From NCBI GenBank assembly GCA_051294375.1, contig CM119267.1, positions 689,601 to 753,600 on the forward strand: a DNA stretch of 64,000 nt. The letters run 5' to 3'. Source of the stretch: Paraspadella gotoi (taxonomy: Eukaryota; Animalia; Chaetognatha). The notes below the pieces were generated by a model. The model saw nothing but the letters and a program-made list of their open reading frames with translations. It made no database searches and was not told the origin of the DNA. Numbering within the stretch: the stretch's first letter is position 1; each line of letters opens with the position of its first letter. Shown here in pieces: positions 1 through 10,053 of the stretch. Position numbers and translations under genes: made by a program.

Positions 1-3000
1 ATTTTTCGATTTTTTTAATATAATATTAACTCCGTCGAGAGCGCGAGCCTGTCTTGGCTCTTTTTCGTGTATTTATTCTTCTTAAATAACGCCCGCATCT
101 CTCTCTTAAGTCCTTAACCCACGAAATATCAAAGTGTATTTTTGGTTTTTTTTTAGGAGTTGAGAAAAAGGTGAAATTGAGTCAAGGTCNNNNNNNNNNN
201 NNNNNNNNNNNNNNNNNNNNNNNNNNNNNNNNNNNNNNNNNNNNNNNNNNNNNNNNNNNNNNNNNNNNNNNNNNNNNNNNNNNNNNNNNNNNNNNNNNNN
301 NNNNNNNNNNNNNNNNNNNNNNNNNNNNNNNNNNNNNNNNNNNNNNNNNNNNNNNNNNNNNNNNNNNNNNNNNNNNNNNNNNNNNNNNNNNNNNNNNNNN
401 NNNNNNNNNNNNNNNNNNNNNNNNNNNNNNNNNNNNNNNNNNNNNNNNNNNNNNNNNNNNNNNNNNNNNNNNNNNNNNNNNNNNNNNNNNNNNNNNNNNN
501 NNNNNNNNNNNNNNNNNNNNNNNNNNNNNNNNNNNNNNNNNNNNNNNNNNNNNNNNNNNNNNNNNNNNNNNNNNNNNNNNNNNNNNNNNNNNNNNNNNNC
601 TTTCGAAAGTCTCTAGACGGACGGAGCTTCGTGAGTCGACGCGAATATATAACAACTTTAGGCATTTGGAGCGACGGTCAAATCTGTTCAAGACTGTCTC
701 CCTGCGCGCCGCAAGGCGGGCGGTTTCTCTTGTACACACGGCCGGTTCCAGTAAGAATTGGTTGAGAGAAATCGTCGGGAACTCCAAATTTTTTCGGCAT
801 TCGGTAACGAAGGTTTACTTGTTTGACCACCGTCTTCCTCTTTAGGCGGGCAAGGACCTTACCGAAACCCCTTTAAGTACATACCTGACCTTATGGTTGC
901 GTCCCAATTTTCTTTGGCAGGAGAATTGGTTTGTGATCATTTGGTAATTGTACGTCTCATTTTTGTATTTTCTCCCTTTAAAATAAGAAAGCAGGAGCTG
1001 GAATAAGGGAGCCAGCGCAACGAGGGGATTACCATGTTATTGCTGGTTTTATTTTTTGGCAGGGTTTGAGGGTCTCGCCCCATCCGTTGTCTCTTAGTTT
1101 TACCTTGCCGTAGTTATTCTCGTTGCAACGGCAGACGGATGCTTAAAATAAAATTACCAATAAAGTAAGTTCCTATTATTGCATCCAGGTTCAGAACTGA
1201 TTTTGTTTTTTAGTGTATCGATTTTTTGGTCTATGTATTTTTCGGGTTTAGTATTTTGATAGGAATTGATTTCGTTTTTAGGTTTAGTTTAATATTTTTT
1301 ACTTTGCCAACCTACTACGACATTAGGTAGATAAGGTATTTTAATTCTTTTTGATTTTCAGTGTATATTTCAAGAAGATTTCGTTTACAAGATTTCGACG
1401 GCAAAGATTTAGTGCAGATTGATCCAAGATTTAGTATTTTTTTATATACGCTCTCAATTTACTATTTTTTCCCGTAGGCTCAGTCTAAGGTTTTTCGTGT
1501 CGTAGTATGGTTGTGCGTCTCTAATATTTTTTTGGTAAGGAGACGGACATGCGAGATCTTCAGAGATTCGTCTTTCGCATCGGAGGCTTCATCAAGGATC
1601 GTTGAAGGATGACTGGGGAGTATGCCTTGATGTGCCTGAAGTATGTGTCGATCCTTTATGGCCACCTGCGGTGAGAAAAATTTGAATTTTTTGAGATTTG
1701 TGTCGTCTCTGGTTGTCGTGGATTATGAAAGGCACCTTTGGGCCTCGCCAGCTCGTTGAAGATCGAAGGGTTGATATCGTGTCTAGCCAGTTCGATATTA
1801 ACTTCGAGATCCGATTTCGTTCCTGCGGGGGGCAGAAAGTTGCGATTTCGGTTAAACGTGGTATATCGTTTACCAAATCCGACAACCATAGAATTATTCT
1901 TTTACCTTTTCGGTTCCATCTTTGATTCGAATTGGTCGGCGGTGCCGTATCGTCCTCACGATTCGGGCTTCCATTAAAATTCACGCTTCTTTCCTTTAGT
2001 TGGCTACTTTCGGAAGTCGCGGTGTAATATATGTCGAAACCGGAGATCGGCCACCGGGGTCAGTTACAACCGGTCTTCGCGCTTCGACCTAAGTTAAATT
2101 AATCGGTTTAAAGTCGGCCACCGGGGCAGTCAGTAAACCGGCTTTAACTCGATAAAGATTATTAAACTTGTTATTAGTTATTTTGTAGTTATATGCCCGA
2201 AGTTAGCTTGCCAAAAATCATATATTGTTAGTCAGTCAGTTAGTCAGAAATATTTTAGCTCCCTTTCGTCTTCATTCCCCCTGCCTTGTGTCAATTTTTT
2301 TTATAGGGCCATTTGATTGTATCGTTTTTCAGTTAGCGGGCAAACGTTTTTAAAGTCAGAAACCAGGATTGACCAGTTTTTTAGTGTTTTTCTTTTTTGG
2401 ATTACGGTTGAAAACGGGTGTACTAATACACGCCGTACAGGGTTTATTTTTGTTTTCCTATTCGTAGTCAGAGACGTTCGTTTCGGCAATCGTCACACGG
2501 CGCTTCGCAATTCAGCAGAGTTGGTGAGCGGCACCTCCGGCCGTTTCGTGAACCGAGCGAACATACTTGTCTTCGTTTTCTGTTTTTGGGTGAAAAAATT
2601 AGTATTTAGATGTACGACAACCGTAGTTTATTATTACATCATGCTCGGTTTTTCTAAATCATTATTGTGTAACCCTACTGTTCTTTCTTTCAAACATGAT
2701 AACTTGAAGTACAATCAGCGTGTGGAAGAGGGTTGTCGCCGGTCAGTTTGTCGTCTGCCGTCGTCACCCGTCTGTCCGTTCAACCGTTCGTCAGTTTTTT
2801 GGAATATTTTGAGGTATTTGACAAGTAAGTCCTGGCGCATTTTGCATACTCAGCATTTTAAATTCTTCCTTTCCTCTTTCCATCCCCCTGCGACCGGATA
2901 TTTTGGATAGTTTTCTTTCTGGACATGCCCATGGTATTTGGTATGCTTGACATACCCAAATAGCGGGGGTGTTACGAAATAACTATCTCTAATATTCGAG

Positions 3001-4410
3001 GAAATCCAGCTTCTCTACCTTTCCCCGTTGCTCTTTTGCTCTTTATTATGACATCGAAAATGCCACCGTTCTAGCGATCGATACGACATCTTTAGGCTCT
3101 TCTTTTGTTTCTACTTAAGTACAGAATTCCGAAGGCAGTGTACAGCTGATTCTGATTGGTGCCCGTGATTTCGATAGATTTCGATTAAGATTTTAATCGA
3201 ATTCTGGCCACGTGGCATCTTCAGATCTCAAAGTTGTCACTGGGTTTTTAAGTTCTTTTCAGAGCATTAGAAACTCTTATTCAGATATCTCGGAATCTTA
3301 TTTTTTGTGATCGCTGGTTTGGTGGACTTTTCTATGAAGAGAAGCATCTCTTTTTATATTTATTGGCTTCAGAAACAAGTAAGAAAGACACTTTAAATTT
3401 ATATATATTTGCTGAGTTTGTGATAAATGTTTTGTTATTCTTTGCCCAGGACTCTAACTACAATCAAGCAACTACAACTACTTTACAGATTTACATCTAC
3501 ATTCGTCAAGTCCTGGGCTTCGTAGATCGTCGTCCTTTCGGCCTTAGCCGACGTCATCTACCGAGACTTTGTCGTCATCATCTCCAGGCGTTCTGACCGG
3601 CGCCATCGTTCTTCTGCGCCATTTTATACCCGATTTCATCTGTCTTCAATGCGCAGAATTAGTCCAGTCAGTTAGAATGTCAAAGACGCCACTTCTCCGA
3701 ACTTAGTTCAATACAGATAACTTGAAACTAAAAACTTGTCTCTTCTCTGTCGTCAGAGGTAGATTCCGACTCTTCCTCGCTCCTTCAAATTCGATCTTTC
3801 AACTTTTTTAAATATTTAGATCAAAGATTATTCCACATGTTGAATAAAGTAGAAATAAGAAAGTTGTTTTGGTAAAAGGGGTATAGAAAATTGGTTATCA
3901 GTTGATTGTACATACATTTGCGCTATATTCAAAACTCAAAGTATAAATTTTTATTGAAAAGCAGAATATTCATTATTTTGTTTGAGCCTTAGGTTTTAAA
4001 AAAGGATAAAAAAATATTAACTTGAAAACAAATGAAAGAAAAAACGTGTTTCTTTTTCGCTCAGGTCAACCCGCAGTTCAGAGTGAAAAAAAAAGGAGAT
4101 AGAGAGAGAGAAAACATTTTCCTCCATAAAAACAGGTTTCAAAACTGATCGCGTAGAAAAGGACCTGGACCAATCACCGTCGTTGAGTATCTTTTCAACC
4201 AATCAGGAGTCGCGATCCTGAAACCGGGAGGGTCGACAAGTCGGCGAGAATGTCGAGAGTGTCTGGAGATTTTTAATCTGACTTCAATCAATCAAGTCAT
4301 TGTGATTCGTGAAGAGTAAGAATGAGGTTCAACATCACAGAATTAGGGAGACATGTGGAATTGTGGATAAGGCGCTAAGTGGGCTGAAGATGACTATCCG
4401 TAACTTTTAT

Positions 4411-4494
4411 AACCCCCTCCAACTGCTATGGAACGGGTCCTGGGCTTGGAACCAGGCTTGAGCGCTCGCCACGCCCTACAGGCGGCTTACGGCC
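4411..4494 (-). ncRNA. Twister-ribozyme-like motif (type P1 layout, degenerate P2) within a ~250-nt GC-rich structured segment (4411-4669)
   Basis: Minus strand reads GGCC-G-UAA-GCC-GCC-UGUAGGGCG..CGCUCAA-GCCUGGUUCCAAGCCCAGG-...-GUUGGAGGG-GGUU. This follows the twister order P1-UAA-P2-GCC-P3-P4(GGUYCCAAGCCC)-GAGGG-P1. P2 pairing is poor. Confidence 0.5.
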
Positions 4495-4671
4495 GTCCTC
4501 AGGCTTCCGGCAGGGTAGGTACCGCGTTAGGATTGAACCATGTACCTAGTGGTCATGAGCTGATGGGTTTACTCAATGAGCCACCGGGTCACAACTGAAA
4601 GTGGCATGCTTATAGGCGGGGTGAACCTAAGCAATGCAATGCCCGACTACAGACATGATCCGTTCCGTCTC

Positions 4672-5425
4672 AAAACTCAGAAACAGTCACGTTTTTTTAA
4701 AAATAATTGACGAAAGGAATTCAATCCCTTTTTACAGAATCTTCTGTTTGAAAAATCAAACGGGATTTCTTTCTCACCTCTGAGGCAACCAAGGATCTTT
4801 TAGAAAGCAAATAGAAAGCTAATACTATTAATAGAATTAAATCACATTAAAGGCTGAAAACTGAAAACTCAGAAACAGTCACGTTTTTTTAAACATAATT
4901 GACGAAAGAATTCAATCCCTTTTTACAGAATCTTCTGTTTGAAAAATCAAACGGGATTTCTTTCTCACCTCTGAGGCAACCAAGGATCTTTTAGAAAGCA
5001 AATAGAAAGCTAATACTATTAATAGAATTAAATCACATTAATGGCTGAAAACTGAAAACTCAGAAACAGTCACGTTTTTTTAAACATAATTGACGAAAGG
5101 AATTCAATCCCTTTTTACAGAATCTTCTGTTTGAAAAATCAAACGGGTTTTCTTTCTCACCTCTGAGGCAACCAAGGATCTTTTAGAAAGCAAATAGAAA
5201 GCTAATACTATTAATAGAATTAAATCACATTAAAGGCTGAAAACTGAAAACTCAGAAACAGTCACGTTTTTTAAACATAATTGACGAAAGGAATTCAATC
5301 CCTTTTTACAGAATCTTCTGTTTGAAAAATCAAACGGGATTTCTTTCTCACCTCTGAGGCAACCAAGGATCTTTTAGAAAGCAAATAGAAAGCTAATACT
5401 ATTCAAAGAATTAAATCACATTAAA
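4672..5425. repeat. Tandem repeat, ~192-bp unit x ~4
   Basis: The unit starting aaaactcagaaacagtcacgtttttt recurs near 4672, 4865, 5056 and 5248 with near-identical sequence. Confidence 0.95.
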
Positions 5426-5859
5426 TGCAAGACAAAAATCCCTCACTTGATCGATTCTTATTCGATTTGAAAGCGACTGCCTTATAAGGAGATGGCGGCG
5501 ACACATTCGTCAATTAGAAAAAAGACAGAGCTATTTATCTGATGAGTTTGTTATGAGGTTTGACAAGTGACTAATTGCTACCAGCATCAAAAGTGTAGTC
5601 AACGTCGCCACCGACGAAGAGAAAGTCACGCCTACTGGTAATGGGTATTAGATAATACAAAAAATAAATATAACTATAAATATTTACCAAAAAAATCAAA
5701 TATTTTATAATTATAAAATATATTCTAAAATAGTAGAACAAGTTTTTCATTTTAATTTGTATCGATTTCTATTTGTGAACTTTCATGGAAATGACTCATG
5801 AGGGCCCAAAAAAAATGTATTTAGTATCACTTTCTTCTTTTTCTTTTTTCCTTAACTAT

Positions 5860-6250
5860 CGTTGACGTTTAGTCAGATAACGAGGGTAAATAATAAGTGG
5901 CAAAGTATTTGGTTGAGAATAGTTTATTAATGACGGACAGTGATTAAGGTGATGACATAGGTAACGATGACACGATGACAAAGGTTAAGACAAAGGTGAT
6001 GACAATATTAAACGGTTCAATAATTATTTGAAGAAGAGTTCTTTCTTGAGTTTGGGTGTAAAGGTGAATGCCTAGAGTTCTCTTCGCAATTTTGACCATC
6101 AATCCCTCCGTCGGTTCCTCTGTCGATCATTGGTAAATCTAAGGTTGAAGTAAGGTCTGTGATTCGTCAGCATTCTGATGATTCGTGAAGGAGACGAGCA
6201 ATCACATCACTAGGGCAACCAAGTCCGTTTATAGGTCCATTCCGTTGATG
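5860..6250 (-). repeat. 3' LTR (391 bp)
   Basis: Matches 8620-8859 plus 9528-9678. On the minus strand it is preceded by the PPT and TGA. Confidence 0.85.
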
Positions 6251-7039
6251 TCACCCCCTCTCCAGTCGACGAGGGCGGTGGGTCTTAGAACACCAGACGA
6301 GTCTTTGCTGGTGTCCATCTACACATCTCCAGGTGTGTGGGTGCGAGTAGTCTAACAGTTCTTTGTCCTGAAATGGCATGGGTCTGACAGGATAATGATG
6401 GTATATGTTTTCTGGTCTTGAGAAGAGCAGCAGTGGTCTTTGATGAGGTGGCTCAATTTTCAGTTCAATTAGTTTGGGAATATTCCTTTGGCTTGTCAAA
6501 TGTTGATTTGCTTGTAAGTGGTGCTCAAATGGGTTTTTCCAATCACGGGAAGGCGGTTTACACTGTAGGTTAAATGAGTATGGTCTGGGGCGTGGCTTGA
6601 AATGCATTGGTTGGATAAAAAGCTTTTTATCAAATTGGGCAAAATCTGAAGCAAGGGAATTAATCTTTTCTTCTAAAGCTTTTATTTGGGCATTTTGAGT
6701 GGGGCAAACTTGATGAGTCCCTGAATTATGTTGAGAGGGGTAAAATTTAGGTTTATTATTGTTGATACAGCTCTCTTTACTTTGATTTTTGCTGTTATCT
6801 GAGCTATTTTCTTTTGTTTCTTTGGCCTCATTTTTGTAAGTTGTGATTTTATTGTAAAATTTTGGAATTTCCTGTTCATTGTGATCTCTTTTCTCTTGGG
6901 CATTAGCACTGAAACTTTGGTGAAAAGAAACAAGTGCATCCAATGTATCATTAAGAGCCTTAACCAGCGTTGTGAAGTCTGGAATGTTGGTGCCATTTTC
7001 TACTGTGGGTTCCTCTGTTTGTGATGCTGAATTGGACAT
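6251..7039 (-). CDS. ORF2 of the LTR element (262 aa, coiled-coil and Pro-rich; in frame with ORF1)
   Basis: ORF track. Same reading frame as ORF1, separated by one TAA and 5 codons. Its stop TGA lies between the PPT and the LTR. No recognisable RT, IN or protease motifs. Confidence 0.6.
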   Translation of the reverse strand: MSNSASQTEEPTVENGTNIPDFTTLVKALNDTLDALVSFHQSFSANAQEKRDHNEQEIPKFYNKITTYKNEAKETKENSSDNSKNQSKESCINNNKPKFYPSQHNSGTHQVCPTQNAQIKALEEKINSLASDFAQFDKKLFIQPMHFKPRPRPYSFNLQCKPPSRDWKNPFEHHLQANQHLTSQRNIPKLIELKIEPPHQRPLLLFSRPENIYHHYPVRPMPFQDKELLDYSHPHTWRCVDGHQQRLVWCSKTHRPRRLERG

Positions 7040-7054
7040 TGTGGGTGCTAGTTT

Positions 7055-7966
7055 TTAAGCTTCTGTCTGTGATGCAGAATTAGACTTTATGGGAGTTAAT
7101 CCTTCCGGAAGTTTGTAGTCAGAAGTTTGCGTTTCTGCATCTTTCTTAGTACTGGTAGGTCCTAGAGAGTCAATACCGATATCCTTTACGGAATTTACTG
7201 AAATTTTTATGAGAGAGTCTTTTTTTTCAGGCAGGTTTTTAGTTTCATCTTCTTTTTCTCCATCTTCTTTGCTTTCTTTATTTTTACTTTCTACTTTATC
7301 TGGATTTTTTACTTTTTCTGGATATTTGATCCTACAAGCAGCAAGAAATGCTCTCAGATCCTTCTTCTGACATATTTCTTTTGCCTCTTCTGTTTCCATC
7401 TGTATCCTTTTTTGTTCAGCTTCTTTTTCTTTTCTTTCACTTTCTTTTTCTTTTCTTTCTCTTTCTTTTCTTTCTCTTTCTTTTCTTTCTCTTTCTTTTC
7501 TTTCAATTTCTTCTATTTTGTTGAATTCCTGTTTCTTTTCTTTTAATAAGCGATGGAACTCAGCATTAAAACAACGAGCATCAACAGTTGAGTCAAACTT
7601 GAGGCAGAGCAAAAAATCTTCTTCTTGCCTTTCAAAAATGTTATCTCTTGACATGTAAGTCCATGGCTTAGTAAAGGGTTCAATTGAAATGTCATGAGAT
7701 GCTTTTGGACCTCTAAATGACAAGCGGGCCTGCTTTGTTTTTCTATTTTGAAAAAGCTTGACAATTCCTTTGTAGGGGCCATCAATGGTGCTCATGAATG
7801 AACGTGTACAAGGGGTTGAGTTTTGAAAATATGTGAGAAAAGCCTCTTTTACAATTATTTTATTTTCATCGGCTGATGGTGAGGGGAGAGAGAAGGGTGG
7901 AGGGCGGGAAATGAGCTTTAAGGCGACTTTTTCAAATTGTACTTGAATTCTTTCAGTTGACGCCAT
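7055..7966 (-). CDS. ORF1 of the LTR element (303 aa): divergent RanBP1/Ran-binding (PH-like) domain, charged coiled coil, TQT motifs
   Basis: KGIVKLFQNRKTKQARLSFR...KPWTY...LLCLKFDSTVDARCFNAEFHRLLKE resembles the RanBD pattern GxVKxL..K.T.K.RL.MR...AWVW...LAIRF..xE.A..F...F. ERKER repeats; DAETQT and SASQT motifs. Confidence 0.65.
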   Translation of the reverse strand: MASTERIQVQFEKVALKLISRPPPFSLPSPSADENKIIVKEAFLTYFQNSTPCTRSFMSTIDGPYKGIVKLFQNRKTKQARLSFRGPKASHDISIEPFTKPWTYMSRDNIFERQEEDFLLCLKFDSTVDARCFNAEFHRLLKEKKQEFNKIEEIERKERERKERERKERERKEKESERKEKEAEQKRIQMETEEAKEICQKKDLRAFLAACRIKYPEKVKNPDKVESKNKESKEDGEKEDETKNLPEKKDSLIKISVNSVKDIGIDSLGPTSTKKDAETQTSDYKLPEGLTPIKSNSASQTEA

Positions 7967-8553
7967 TTTTTTGTTGTTGTTTCTATTTCTTACTCACGTG
8001 ATGATTCAATCTGGCGAGAGAGGAGAGAGAGAGAGAGAGAGAGGATCGATGATCTTTTTCGATTTTCTCTCGGATTCGGTCAACTGGGCAGCAAGGATTT
8101 TCGAGAGGAGAGGGAGAACGATCGATTCGATTTTCTTTGTTTGGGAGGGATGCTGGGTCACGTGACGACGTAGTCCAAAGCACGAGGAAGGGAGAGCGTG
8201 GGAGATATAGAATTGGTTTTTTTTGTTTTGTTTTGTTTTTTTTTTGGCTTGAATTTGAACGGAGGGGGAACAGTTTGAAATTTAGGGAAATAGTACGTTT
8301 TTTGGGGTGGGGGCCGAGAGGGATTTTTAGTTTGATTTCGTTTTTGTTTTTTTTTTTTTGCACTCAGGCTACGTTAGTACGCACTCCTGATTTCGCAAAA
8401 AGTTATTTCAAATATCAAAAGGGCTATTGAAGGAGAAAACTTTGTATTAATTTCTTTCTTTTTTTTTTTTTGTTTATATTTTTTTTTGTTTATAAGTTTA
8501 TTTGGGATTGAAGGAATTTTCTGGAACGGGAGTTAACGTAATTTTTCGAATAG

Positions 8554-8619
8554 GGTAGCGTAGTTTTTCAATTAAGTCTCTTCGGAGGAGTGGGGAGTCG
8601 AATCACGACGATGCCACCA
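8554..8619 (-). promoter_or_regulatory. Extended primer-binding site complementary to tRNA-Leu(AAG/TAG)
   Basis: Plus strand ggtagcgtag...attaagtctcttcggaggagtggggagtcgaatcacgacgatgccacca resembles tRNA-Leu (GGTAGCGTGG...ATTAAG...GTCTCTTCGGAGGCGTGGGTTCGAATCCCACCGCTGCCA) plus CCA. It abuts the LTR at 8620. Confidence 0.8.
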
Positions 8620-9678
8620 CGTTGACGTTTAGTCAAATAACGAGGGTAAATAATAAGTGGCAAAGTATTTGGTTGAGAATAGTTTATTAATGACGGACAA
8701 TGATTAGGGTGATGACATAGGTAACGATGACACGATGACAAAGGTTAAGACAAAGGTGATGACAATATTAAACGGTTCAATAATTATTTGAAGAAGAGTT
8801 CTTTCTTGAGTTTGGGTGTAGAGGTGAATGCCTTGAGTTCTCTTAGCAATTTTGACTATCCTCTATCTGGGATGGGGGTAATCTGGGTCTAACTAACGAA
8901 AAGAAAGAAAGTTGTTGGGGAAAAAGAAAGAAATTGAAAGTCCAGTTTCGGCGAGGGAAAGAGAGAAAAAATTTCGGCGAAGTAGGTAGAGCGGAAAAAA
9001 ATTGGCGGGAGTGGAGTTCAGAAAGAAAGCGGTCAGATAAAGGTTAAATAAGGATGTCAGAGAGCGGGTCAGAGAGGAAAGAGGGAAATGGGTGAGGTTT
9101 GTTATTGTGATGGTCAGAGAGAAAGAGGGAAATAGGTGAGATCTGTTTTGGTTAAGTCCCGGTTAGCAGCTCAGGGGTGAGAGGAATTGTTTGGGGATTT
9201 CTTTAGTGGTTAAGTAAGAGTAACACATTGGGCGCCACTCTATCTGGGATGGGGGTAATCTGGGTCTAACTAACGAAGGCGAAAAGAAGAAGGCAAAAAT
9301 GTAGGAAAACGTGTATCTACTACTAAAAAAAGGCAAAAAAGGTGTACAAAAAAATGGAGGGAAAATCGGAAGGAGCTGAGAGGAGAAAGTAAGAGAGAGA
9401 AGGTAAAAACGAGAAGTGAAAAACTGGGTGAGCCTCGAGCCCTGGGTGCTAGGAGGAGGAAGAGGAGGGTGAATGCGTGGCTGACGAGGCACGAGGCTCG
9501 CGCTCGGGCTGGTTTGGTCGTTGCCATCAATCCCTCCGTCGGTTCCTCTGTCGGTCATTTGTCAATCTAAGGTTGAAGTAAGGTCTGTGATTCGTCAGCA
9601 TTCTGATGATTCGTGAAGGAGACGAGCAATCACATCACTAGGGCAACCAAGTCCGTTTATAGGTCCATTCCGTTGATG
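8620..9678 (-). repeat. 5' LTR, interrupted by a nested 664-bp insertion
   Basis: Colinear with 5860-6250 except for extra sequence at 8860-9523 flanked by ctat/ccat. Confidence 0.85.
8860..9523 (-). mobile_element. Nested small LTR-type element with tRNA-Lys PBS
   Basis: 40-bp direct repeat at 8861-8900 and 9238-9277. Minus strand TGGCGCCCAATGTG (9237-9224) matches the tRNA-Lys(CTT) PBS TGGCGCCCAACGTG. Flanks are ctat (8856-8859) and ccat (9524-9527); the empty site in the other LTR is ccat. Confidence 0.65.
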
Positions 9679-10053
9679 CTATATTTAAGAGAAGATACAA
9701 ATTTTAATTATTTCACTTTCGACGCGGTAATCGTATTTTGACAACCGCGATGTTCTTTTCCGTTTCTCAGATTTTCCGCTTTGTTTTCCGAGTTTGTCGC
9801 AGGAGGCGCTTCGGCCCGAGTCAAGTTCAAACTTGGACTTTCGGACAAAATGCTATCGTCGAAGGTGATACGCCTGTGAGACGTCTCTCTTTTGGAATGA
9901 AAGAAAAAAGTACTTTATTTAATTAAATATTACGTAATTTTATTACAATGATTCGCGAGATGAAACTTCATCGACCAAAGAACGCAGACCAAAATCCCGG
10001 TGGCGCCAGCGATCCCGGTCGCGACGAAGCTGAGCACGTCTCGAAAAAAGAGC

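Larger units (their letters stand above)
5860..9678 (-). mobile_element. Non-autonomous LTR retroelement (no pol) with 4-bp TSD CTAT
   Basis: Direct repeats at 5860-6250 and 8620-9678 (the latter with a nested insert) differ by about 9 substitutions. CTAT flanks both sides (5856-5859, 9679-9682). A tRNA-Leu-complementary PBS abuts the 5' LTR (8619 leftward), and the polypurine tract GGAGAGGGGG (6263-6254) precedes the 3' LTR. Internal ORFs are on the same strand. Confidence 0.85.

Noticed and set aside
153-845. Long ORFs spanning N runs (also 26989-30112)
   Set aside because: Artefacts of translating gaps and GA/CT repeats.
2957-3755. Possible 3' LTR starting at 2970 (agcggggg|TGTTACG)
   Set aside because: No matching inverted end, second LTR or TSD is visible in the window.
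4425-4669. RNase P/MRP, SRP or telomerase RNA
   Set aside because: The conserved regions are absent or out of order; the twister-like reading explains the motifs better.
6160-6210. Hammerhead in the LTR (ctgatga); also ctgatga at 23394-23400, 24647 and 24930
   Set aside because: No correctly placed GAAA or stems I-III. The LTR case is a simple tcgtcag/ctgatga hairpin.
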